Positions 12,771 to 24,413 of a stretch of 64,000 nt of DNA are shown here, in pieces. The notes beneath the pieces are model-generated. The model was not told where the DNA came from, did not search any database, and saw only the letters and a list, made by a program, of their open reading frames with translations. The number at the start of each line of letters is the position of its first letter. Position 1 is the stretch's first letter. The position numbers and the translations under genes were made by a program. Origin of the DNA: Gnetum montanum (Eukaryota > Plantae > Gnetophyta); contig MNCI01000970.1 in NCBI GenBank assembly GCA_015680685.1, positions 356,125 through 420,124 of the forward strand, written 5' to 3'.

Positions 12771-14256
12771 TTTAGGAATTGATAAACACTACTTCCAACT
12801 TTCCCATAGAACTCCCCACAGGAGATGAATGGTATGGTTTAGGAATGACTTATTCTTCCAACTTTCATCTATTTACTTAATTAGTATGCCCCTTGATAAA
12901 GTCTAACATGTATGCATGTTGATTTGGTAATTAAATGTGTGTTAACTAGATTTTTAATATTAATGCAAAGGCTATGTAGCATCTCTAAAATCTTGACCAT
13001 TCTTTCTTCTCCATGATTTGAAGTTCTAGGATTTAGAAAATCACATCTTCTAAATTTCATTCAACCTTTGTACCAATTTGAACATGGCTTTTTTATAAAA
13101 GATCGCACAACCATCCATGTTGTGATTTCTATAGTAGATTAATTTGTATGGCTTGGAAGAAGAACTTTCACAAGAACCCTTTTGCTTGTAAATACTATCT
13201 GTTCCAAGTCTGATTAGAATTGGTATAGACATCTTATAGGCATAAGACATTAGCATCCAAATCTTGTAACTTTGCTAAGATGCGTGGGGTATCGATACTC
13301 ATGTCAGTCCAAAACCATGGTGAACATAACATATGTTTTTCATTGGCTATGAACCTTGCAAGCACATAATATGTTACAACTTCTATTCTTATTCTTAAAT
13401 TTTTTCTTGGGTTACTTCTCTTCATGGGTATTATATACCTTGTTAGTACAAGATTATGATTTTTCATGATGTTATTACTATATGATTTGGTTATAGGCTG
13501 AATGGGTATCCATCTTCATGATCATTATAGTTCATCAACTAATGTTTCAACTGATTTTGGATTGGTAACAATTTGGGTGCATTACTTGAACTTTTAATGA
13601 TCTTTCTATCCCCCTTAAGACACTTACTTTGGTAATGTAACTAATGACATACTAGCGGTTAGTGGTCTAAGACTCTCTATCTACAGAGGTTAAGCACTAA
13701 ATCGTAAGGTCTAAGTTGAATTAAGAGATTATATTTTTTAGTCATATCAATTAGCATGGTTAGTTAATCTAAGTTATAGCCTCTTAAGACAACTTAAGAT
13801 ATCATTGAATTATTTGGTACCTGTATAATAAATATGAGCTCACCATTGAGTTTAGAAGGCTAAAAAATATTAAAAATGATTATTCATATGTTAGAAATAA
13901 GCATGGTATGCCCAAGTTATGCTAAAATGAGTCTTTGAGGATTTTGAGGCACTATGTTGGGCAAGGAGTAAAAGTAATTTTTGGAGCTTCATAGTGTAGA
14001 TCTCACTTCACTAATGCATTCAAGAGATTGAAATCCTTAGAAAATGACTCTTTACCAAAAAAGCATCCAGAATCAAAATTTATGACTTCCTAGGTTCAAA
14101 AATTTCAACATGAAAAACAAGACTTCCCCATGTCATCTCAGAACTACTCCAAAAAGAGCATACTTAATTACAGAATTTTTATCCTAGTTGCTATCAACCT
14201 GCCAAATTTCCTTTGTAAAAATTTTTTCTTTAATTTTCATTTTTATCATCTATTTT

Positions 14257-14880
14257 AATAGGTTTGAACATTTTGTCCATTGACCAAAAAGTTTTCCATT
14301 ACCGAACCTGCTAAGAAGGTACGCTTGTGGCTTTGGTAGTCTTCTTCAGAGCTCTATTGGAGGCAGGAATTTACAGCACTGGTGGTATCCGTTAGAGATC
14401 CGTTGATAGGTTTGAAATTTTTGTCCATTGACCAAAAAGTTTTCCATTACCGAACCTGCCAAGTAGGTACCAGGTACCCTGGCAGCTTTGGTAGTCTTCA
14501 TCGGAGCTCTATGGGAGGCAGGATTTTACAGCGCTGGTGGTATTTGTTAGAGATCGGTTGATAGGTTTGAAATTTTTGTCCATTGGCCAAAAAGTTTTCC
14601 ATTACCAAACCGGCCAAGTAGGTACGCTGGTGGCTTTGGTAGTCTTCATAGGAGCTCTATGGGAGGCAGGATTTTACAGCACTGGTGGTATTCTTTAGAG
14701 CTCACTGAGAGGTACGAGTATACGGCGCTAGCAGTGTCCACAAATCTCTTAAAGAGAGAAGATTTTATAAAGCCGACGGTGTCCACAGAGCACTGTGGGA
14801 GGTAGGATTTTATGACATGGCCGGTGTCCATCGGCACTCCAGGAAGATGGGATTTTATGATGCCAACGGTATCCATCAGA
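14257..14880. repeat. Tandem repeat: three ~150-bp units (starts 14261, 14409, 14564) followed by about four degenerate 45-bp units sharing a GGATTTTA...GGT.TCCA core
   Basis: GGTTTGAA.TTTTGTCCATTG.CCAAAAAGTTTTCCATTACC..ACC.GC.AAG.AGGTAC..GCTTTGGTAGTCTTC..GAGCTCTAT.GGAGGCAGGA.TTTACAGC.CTGGTGGTAT recurs three times. The 15-residue periodicity of ORF 14646..14876 reflects the 45-bp subunit. Confidence 0.9.
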
Positions 14881-16006
14881 AATTACAGATACAGCATACT
14901 GGCGAAATTTCTGGCGGGTTTTTGGACTCCCGCAGCGGTAGCAGAAATGGTGGATACAATGGTGGTGAAATGGCATGCATAGTGGTGGCAAACGAAACAA
15001 GGTGGGGCTACATGCAATGAAATAATGAGGGTTTTTAGTTGAGAGGATGGCGACAACAATGCCGAGACTATTGTAGTTACTTGCATGCATGCATGCATGC
15101 TGGCCATCTACACTGAGATGAGCGCTAATATGTTTGGCTGAGAAGCTCATGAGATTAGCACTGATGTTGTTTGGAGATGGCAACATGGCTTTGCTGATTG
15201 GTGATGATTATTGTGGCCACTGCAGGCTGTGCTTCTGGACACAGCTACGGTTGGCCAGCCACACGGCCGCGGCTGGCCGGCTACAACGGTCGACGACCAT
15301 AGCCTGCCTTGTTTGTTTCAGAGGCAAGGATTTTTTGTTTTCAGGCGCTAGCACATTGATTATTAAGTGTTGAATTTGGATTTGACAAATCGTAGGTCAA
15401 GATTTTAACTCACCCTTACTTTTGATATTAAGTTTTGGGTTTTTTTTTCTCTTTTTTGAACTTATTATTATTATTTTATTTTAACATGCATAATTAGAAA
15501 CATTAAATGACAATATCTCTCAAATCGTAAGTCTAATTTGGACATAATTAGATCTCTCATGGATCATTTTAGATATAAGGCATATCTAGTGATGGTGGTT
15601 CATAACTCTTTCTGGATCATGTCTCCTTGTTCCTAGATGTTGTGGAAAATGCCAAATATACGTTATATTAGATATTAGCCATAAGAAAATAATGTGGAAA
15701 TGTCAAATATGTGTAACATTTGACATTATGTATAATAAAAATAACAAGGAAAATGTAGAAGAAAAGAGAAAAAAATGTTTTATTAACGTTAAATAATGTA
15801 CCTAGGATATGCTCTTAGTGTTCCTTGGGGTTATCTTTCTTCAACATCTATCCCTTAGAAGATATCCAACACTACCATCATGGTTAGGCCTATCACTCGC
15901 CAAAAGGGATGGCCAGTCCTCTTCTTATCCCATTTCACTTTGCACCCATTACTCATATTATAGGCTTTGCAACTCCATGTAGATACGAAATCTAATGCCT
16001 AGGTAT

Positions 16007-17118
16007 TGTAACAAAAAAAAATTGGATGTTGAAAGAATCAAAAATTCCTAAGTAGAATAGTTTGACTTTGGGATCCACAGGCCTCGAAAAGGATCTAGAG
16101 CACTCAAATAGACTTCCTGACCAATTGAAGACTTAGAGGTTTGTTATTGAGCAATAAAAATGGAGGAGCATAAATGTGTAAACAAAAAGCCAAATCCAAT
16201 GTTAATATTGAGACAGAAACAGAGCAAAATGATATGGCTAAACAAAGCAAGCTACAAACTATATAATAAATATTGCAAATAATAGTTGAAACATGTTTTG
16301 AATTATATAGATCGGGGTTGTTAAAGCATAAGAATATAAAATATCTTCAAAACTTGGTGTAGGAGGTAGGGTGTGTTTCACACTAGTCTGCACCAATCTC
16401 TTAAGCTGATTTGCACTGGGGCAATTGCTGCTACAGCTTTTGGTACTTTGGTGATCTATGCTGGTGGTGAAGGCTTGGACTTTTAGATTTTGCTCTACTC
16501 CAAAAGTCTCACTAAAAGCAAAATGATGCAAAAGTCTTGAAAATGATGCAAACTTTAATTTAAATAGGCCATACATTCACTGATTTTTTGCTAGCTTAGT
16601 TTTGGATGATTTTTGACAAATTTCTAACATTCCTTGTAACATTTTTTATGCTTTCAATGGTCGAAATTTGCAACATGTGGCATACCAACGTTTTTGACTT
16701 TTTGGACTAAAATACCAATGTGTGTGTTACTTTTCACCACCCAAAACTATAGCATATGGACCACCAACATGTGGAGCTTTTTCTGCTAGGTTTGATGGTA
16801 TATTTGGGCTATTTTCTTAGCCCAAATTTTAATTTGTGAACCACCAAAGTTTTTGGCTTTTGTTGCCAAAATTTGGCAATGTATTAACATCTTGGAGCTT
16901 TACTTGTTGGCATAAATGAAATTCTAGCTTGTGGGCTTTAAATTTCATTTTACACATCAAAGAAATGTCTAAAACTTTGCCGAAGCAAGGCCATATGGTA
17001 GGATTTTTGATGGGAAAGTAAGACAATTATTTTTTTCTTTAAATTCCCATCAAATTACAATGTAAACTTGGTTTTAAGGCCTCTTATGCATAACATGAAT
17101 TTTTTGTGAGATGTTTCA
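16007..17118 (-). mobile_element. 3' LTR (~1.1 kb) of the left Tat/Ogre-like element
   Basis: Minus strand reads PPT ACAAAGAGGG-CCAA (17119-17132), then TGAAACA...TGTTACA ending at 16007. It is homologous in inverted orientation to 32405-33414. Confidence 0.7.
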
Positions 17119-18252
17119 TTGGCCCTCTTTGTTGATGTTTGGAGGATTGACTCAAAAGACATCAACAAAACACCACTGTAGGTTCATCACCAATGCTCCC
17201 TCTCTACATTCAATTTGGTAGCTGTCAAATCATGCCAAGGAGTGCTCATGACAGTAAAATAAGATCATAATGGGATGTCAAACGTTTGAGATGAGATAAA
17301 GACTATATGTGGCTATTAGTATGAGCACTTTGGCTATATGAATGGTTACATGGGCTAACAAAGAATTCCAAATGTCAACATCATGGCTATGGTATGATGG
17401 TGACATGTGTATTGGCTAAAAAGGTCTTCATGCTTCGTGCTTGAACTATTGCTTACTCAATGATGTCTTAGAGAAACCAGCACTTCATTCTTGGGCTTCT
17501 TTGGCCACTTGGCTCTATCTTTTTGTTTTAGAGCCTTTGATTTGACTGGCTTTAGGCTACATTATCCTCTTGGTTTTCTTGGCAATTTGCTTATCCATTT
17601 CTTTTGTAGGGGTGAAATCTTCAATGGCTTTCATTGCCAAGGCTGAGTTTTTTTTGTTTTCTTGTTGAATGAGGTACATTACATTCAAAAAACTTGAATG
17701 ATGAAGCATGTCAAAAGAGATGTCACATGACCATGGTGCATGGATGTTGAACATAAGTGTTCATTGTTAGCAAGGTAAGGAGGGCTGTAGTTTGGCTATG
17801 GGGATATGGCTCAAAGGAAGTAATGTAGTGATGCAAGGCAAGAATTCTTAGCATAGTTAGACAAGCTAGTCAAATCTTATGTATCGAGATCACATGGTGA
17901 CTTATTGCTATGATGAATCACACCTCTGCGATAGCTCTAGGTTTTCCCTACAAGCACAACTCTAATAAGATAAGAAAACAATTCAAAGAGTTCAAGTGAT
18001 TATAAGAGATTGCATAAGGCCATATGATACAACTAGTAGATACATGCCACCATTAGTTATAACTTGTAAAACATGAGAAATATGTACTTTGTTTCATAGA
18101 TTTATGCAAAGTTTGTAGTGCTTTGAGATGCCAAAAAGAAATAAGAGGTCATGCAAGCTTGCTTGTTGTAGGCTACAAAGATTGTTGATGTTAATAATTC
18201 ATCCAAATCTATGAAAAAAGGCAAACAAAGGCTACAAGCAAATAGTTCAATG

Positions 18253-21200
18253 TTAGATGTAATAAGGTTTGAGATAGGAATGGTTGACCGAATTGGTCAA
18301 TTTATTCCCATCCATGTTTGCTAGCTTGAACACCCAATTAACATAAGCTTTAGTGACCAAGAAAGGTCCTTTCCAATTGGCTAAAAATTTGTCCACATAT
18401 TCGTGAATGGCCTTGAGGACAAGGTCTCCTTCCTTGACTTCTTGCCTATTCAAATCATGATGATGTTGTTATTTCTTGTTATTTCTATCCTTCTTAATAT
18501 TGTTCAATGTTGGCTAGTGTTTGTATTTGCTATTCCACCACCAAATCAAGGTCAATGGTACATAGCTTCTTATTCTACTCATCATTGATGAAGTTAGATA
18601 GAGCTACCCTTAATGATAAAACTTGCAATTCAAGAGGCAAAACAACTTCAAATCCATAAATAAGGCTATAAGGGATGGTACTAGTTGCAATTCTAAAGAT
18701 TTTCCTAAAGGCCCAAAATGCTCATATGAGTTGTTCACGCGATTTGCATTTGCTATTATTTAGCATCTTCTTAAGGAGGTTTATGATGACCTTGTTACTG
18801 GCTTTGACTTACCCATTGACTTGTGGATAGTATGGTGATGAAAAGGATGTTTGATGTTTAATTGTTAACAAAAGCTTTGCGTTTCCTATCTACTAAACTA
18901 TGATCCATTGTCTGTGATTATAGTTAAGGGTAAGCCAAAACTGGACATTATGTTGTCTATTACAAATTTATAGACTTGTTGAGATGTTTTTCTTAGAGAA
19001 GTAGCTTCAACCCAATTTGTAAAATATTCAGTTGTCGTGATGATGAAGCTATGTCCCATAGAAAATTTAGGTGTTATAGGTCCAATAATGTTGATTTTCC
19101 ATCGTTGAAACAACTATGTGATCTAAGTGATGTGTACGTTAGTTGGTGGCATGTGTATCAAGTTGCTATGCCATTGAAAGATGTCATAAGTTTTGACCTT
19201 CTGTAGGTAGTCGCTTTCCATGTAGGGCCAATAGTATCTTGATTGTCTAATTTTTGTGGCCATGGCTCTAGGTCCTATATTTCTTCCACATATGCCCTCA
19301 TGAACCTTCTCAAGGACTATGTGGGCTCTTGCATTGCCCAACATACTAACAATATACTATCATAGGACCTATAACATAATGTGTTCTTGGTTATAAGAAC
19401 ATATTATCTTGATTGTTTACGTGCAATGTCCTTTTGAGAGGTATTTAGGTTTTGTGAAGGTTTACCATGCATTAGGTAAAACTTAATGTTTTCATACCAC
19501 TCTTGTTGGGGAACATTGTCAATGGTGGCTATAGAGGTGCCTTCAGTGTTTTGCATGATGGGAAGAGCACAATTCTCCATCAAGGAAGGTAACTTGCTAA
19601 ATGCATCTAGCATTACACTTAGGGCTAAGGTGGCAATGGCATCAACTAAGGTGTTCTCGACTGAAAGAATGTGTTGTATACAAATATTTGTAAATTGAAG
19701 CATGAGTGTTTTAGATAGGTCATAGTAAGGTTGTAAGTGTTTGGCTTTACATGTGTAGACCTCGGTTACTTGGTTAACCATAAGTTGCGAATCATCTTTT
19801 ATCATTAAACATGTGATTCCTCAATTATGAGTTGTCATCATTTCTCTAATTAACCCTTCATATTTTGCTATGTTCTTAGTACATCGGAATTGGAAATGAT
19901 AAGTGGAAATGATAAGTGAAAGATTGGACCTCAATAGATGATAATGTTATGATGGTAGCAGCATTGGCCCCATGGATAGTTGGAGCTCCATTAAAGTGCA
20001 TGATGGCCTCATATCCTTTGGGTATCTCATTAACGATGTTGACATGCTCATTCGGGAACTTAGGATCTATGGTTACATTATCCTCAATTGGAAAAGTTAT
20101 GAGTTGAGCAACTACAGCTTGACCTTTTGTTGAGGCTTGGGAGATGTAATGCAGGTCAAACTTAGTTGTTATGGCCTTCCACTAGGCTATGCGGATGCTC
20201 TCGTAAATGTTGGTTGTAATGGCTCTTAGCATGTTGTCTTTGCATATCACATTGACCTAACTCCTAAATAGGTAATGTCTCCACTTCTTTAAGGAGAAGA
20301 ATAGGGCTAAACAATACTTCTCAACCTTAGTGTATCAGGTCTCATAGGATATCAATACATGGTCTAAATAGTAAATGACCAACTCTCCTCCATCATCATG
20401 TTTTTGATAGAGTATATAGGCTATGGACATGTTGGAGATTGCAAGGTAGATGTAAAATGATTTGTCCTTCTGAGGTGAGTACATAGTGGGTAGTTGGACC
20501 AACTCTTACTTAATGTTATCTAAGGCTTCTTGGCATTGGTCAATCCACTCATAGTGAACTCCCTTTTTATGCAAGTGTTTTATGGATTGTAACTTATCTG
20601 TGAGCCTTAAGATAAATCCACAAATAAATTGTAATCTACCTTGTAATCCTTGAAATTCTTTAAGGTTAGTAGGTGATGCCATGTTGGTTATGGCCTTAAC
20701 CTTATTAGGATCATCACGTATCCTTGCCTTGGATACTATAAAACTAAGCATTTTACCCATTTTAACATTGAAGACATACTTCTTAGGATTAAGTCTAAGA
20801 TTGTGCTTGAGATATCATTGAAGTACTAGTTTTAGGTCATGTGCATGATCATTGATCATCTTGGAATTTAAGGCTATGTCATCAACATAATCATTTAGTA
20901 ACCCTAGGATGTAGTCATTGAAGATGTAGGTCTTGGCTCATTGATAGGTTGCACCCATGTTCTTTAGACTAAATGGCATCATGATATAGCAAAAGGTTAT
21001 CCAAGGGGTCATGAAGGTCATGTAGAGTTGATGCTTTGGGTTAATCCTAACATGGTTGTATCCCAAGAGTCCATCCATGAAGGATAGTAAGGCATGACTA
21101 GCCGTAGTATCAATGAGTTGATCAATACTAGGCAAAGAGAAATCATCTTTAATTGTTGCCTTAGTAAGGTCTCAAAAATTAATACAGATACGAATGCTCC

Positions 21201-21761
21201 CATTTTTCTTGAGAACTACCACTATGTTGGACACCCAATCAACATAATCAATAGCTCGGATGAAACTAGCTTGGTAAAGTTTCCTAATCTCATCACGAAT
21301 TGCTAGGGCCAAATTTGATCTAACTTTTCAAAATTTTTGTTTAACAGCTCTAATACTAGGGTCTAGTATAATTTTGTGTTGCACTAAATAAGGGTCGAGT
21401 CTTAGCATATCCTCATATTACTAAGAAAAGACTTTGATGTTATCTTGAAGAACTTGGGTGATGTCTTGGACCATCTAGGATTCTAGTGAGGAACTTAGTT
21501 TTAGAGTTTTCTCCTAATGATTATGTGTTGTGATAGGAACTTCAAGAAGAGAATCCTTAGTAATGTCATTGACCTTGAGGTAAGGGTTTTAACTATGTAA
21601 TTAAGCCATTCGAGGGATTTCTCTATCAAGGTTATATGATCAAATAGGCTCTCAGGTTCAAGATCTAGGTAATCAAGATTAATCAATCATTTGACATTAC
21701 CATTGAGTTCGTTCAGGCTCAAAGGTTGGTTAATTTATGCCCATGTATCCATGTTTTGATC
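18253..21761 (-). pseudogene. Ty3/gypsy Tat-superclade pol remnant with order RT - RNase H - archaeal-type RNase H - integrase; no protease or gag adjoining
   Basis: RT: KDDFSLPSIDQLIDTTASHALLSFMDG, CYIMMPFSLKNMGATYQ, YVDDI, DPNKVKAI. aRH: HFNGA, CTKNIAKYEGLI, DDSQLMVNQV, HILSVENTLVDAIATLA. INT: VHEGICG, YYWPYM, WKINIIGPI, YFTNWVEA, IITDNGS, NWKGPF, ending PYYI*. Many stops and frameshifts. Confidence 0.92.
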
Positions 21762-21849
21762 CTATGTGCCAACAAAAAACATATTATGCGGCATTTGTGT
21801 AGTATGATTGTTAAAAAATGTTAAAATAATGCAAGATACTTTAGTAGTA

Positions 21850-22860
21850 GAACACCATAGAGCAACACAAGGATCAAACAAAGTAGATAAAGGTAAAACA
21901 ATGTTAAGTAATGTCATAATATAATAAAACATACCTAAAAAATGAAAAACAAGGTCATAAGATGGTAAAAAAAGCTCACAAAAAGTAAATCAAGATAAAA
22001 TGAGATGAAATAGAGGCCAAATGATGCCAAATGATGCAAAGTAAGGGACAAATGAAAGCCAAAACTATGCAAAATAATGCCAAATGAGGTTGAATGATGT
22101 CCTAAGGATACCAAATGATATTGAATGATGTCAAATGATGGTAAAACAAGGCCAAACATGATCAAATGATGGTAAATGTTGTCAAAATGTGGTAAAATTA
22201 GACCGAATGATGTCAAAAATGATGTAAAATGATACTAAATGATGTTAAAATATTACAAAATGTTGTCAAATAATGTCAAATGAGAATAAATGATGTCAAA
22301 ATGATATAAAGTATGAAAAAAAGGATATCAAATGATGTCGAGTAAGGTCAAACAAGGTTGAATGATCCAAAATAAGGTCAAATGACAAGAAATGATACCA
22401 AATGAAGCCAAATGATACCAAACAAAGTCAAATGATACCAAATGATGTCAAATAATGTCGAAACAAGGTTAAAAGGTGTTGAATGACACTAAATGAGGTC
22501 AAAATGATGCAACATGATGTTAAATGACTTCAAATAATATCAAAATAATGGAAAACTAATGAAAGAATGATGTCGAGTGATGCCAAATAGTGTCAAAATG
22601 ATATAAAATGGTGTCGAAATGGTAAAAGATGTTGCTGAATGATGTTGAATGGTACCAAATAATGTCAAAATGATACCAAATGATATCAAATGATATAGAA
22701 TAAGATCAAATAATCGAAAAATGATATCAAATAATATCGAATGAGTCCAACAAGGCTAAATAAGGTCAAATGATGTTGAAACAATGCAAAATGACCCCAA
22801 ATGGTATCAAATGATGTAAAAGGATGTCAAGCATAGTTGAACAAGGTCAAAAAAAGTTGA
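21850..22860. repeat. Degenerate ~10-bp minisatellite (AAATGATGTC / AAATGATACC / AATAAGGTC) upstream of pol
   Basis: Dozens of visible units. A shorter inverted counterpart lies at about 30690-30860. Confidence 0.9.
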
Positions 22861-24413
22861 AAATAATATTAAATAATAATATTTATTTTTTAAAGTACTT
22901 TTATGATCAAGATAAGAAAAACCTAGTGAAAATAGGCTTTAAATTGTTGAAACAAGTAGAAAATTGGTGAAAATGGATTTTAAATTATCAAAATAAAAAA
23001 AAATTAATAAAAAAGGCTTTAAATTGGTAGAATAAATAAAAATATAGAAAAATAATTAAAACAAGAAAAAATATTGTAAAAATAGTAAAAATAAAAAAAA
23101 ATCTTGTAAGAAATTGCTATAAAAGTGGTTTTTTGATGTAAAAACAATTTAAAAAGAAAAATTGTTGTATCCAACATGTGAGGCTAGAATTCCCAAAGTG
23201 CGAACATCATGTTTCATAATCCTAACATGTAGAGCCTGTATCCCTAGATTGTGGAAATTTTTTCTTAGGTTTTAGGCTTGTGGAACCCACTAAGGTAGCG
23301 TTTAGGCAATTTTGGTCTTGTCCATTGGTGGTATGGATTCCACAAGTTGGACCATGTAATATCATAGTGTGTGAAGATTGGTACTCTAATGTGTGGTACC
23401 TATATGGTATTCTAGGAGATTTTCTTTACTAATTTTTTAGCCTTTCCAAGCACTTGTGGTAGCATCAAAGGCCTAGGAGAGAGAACTACCATTTTTGGAA
23501 CTTCTTGGTGTAAAGTGTGAGTTGTTTTGGTTAAGTTTGAGCTTGTTTTTGCCCTACACATTAGCTTGCACGTTGGGAAGTGGTTTTCCAATGTGTGGGG
23601 GTTGAAGTGCCAACTTGTAAGGATTCCAGGGGTGGTTTCGACAAGGTTTTCTTGGTGTTTCTAGGATTTTGTATCAGCGTTGGAGGCTTGGAGGACAATC
23701 TGAAATTTTTTGGGATTTTTGAGGCAAATTATGAGTTTTCTTGAGAAAATATACGATTTTATTTGCCCTACACGTTGGCTCACACATTGGGGAGTGGTTT
23801 TCCAATGTATGGATTTCAAACTTCTAGCTTGTGGATGCCTAAAGGTGGTTTTCAGCACTTGGAAAATCTGGCTTCTATTTCTAGGTTTGGATGAGCCCTC
23901 TAGGCAACGTCTAAGAAAATTGTAATGATGTATTTTTATGTTTAATCCTCAAAAATTGGTCCACATGTTGGATAGTGGTTTTTCAACATATGAAAGTAAG
24001 GCCTTTAAGTTCTATATGCTACCCCACCCATTGGGAGGTGATTTTCTAGCTTGTGAGGCTATAAACAAGAAATTTTCAACAAATACCCAATGTTTTAGGC
24101 TTATTTCTTATTCTTTTTCCTAAGTTCATTTTGTAGATGGTTTTATTGAATTTCAAAGGACTTTTTATTGCCAACGTATAAGGTACTTTGGAAGGATTTT
24201 GAAACCAAACTTTAGCATTGGAGGCTCTTTCTCATCCAATCTTCCAAGGGCAATGTATAAGAGCTAAATTGTTGTTCAAAAACTTAAATTCATACAATTT
24301 CCCAGCTATCTTAGCTTCTACTCATCCTTGTGGATAGTGTTGTGGTAGTAGAACCAAGAATTTCAAGCTTTTCCCTACATTAGTGATGGTAGAATTCACA
24401 AGCCTTGAACACC

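Noticed and set aside
12780-14200. Possible gag or leader remnant of the copia element
   Set aside because: Only vague zinc-knuckle-like fragments; no motif is secure enough to call.
14257-14700. Possible CRISPR-like array
   Set aside because: Whole units repeat with no unique spacers, there are no cas genes, and the context is eukaryotic.
21935-22216. 93-aa hydrophobic ORF
   Set aside because: It is a translation of the 10-bp minisatellite.
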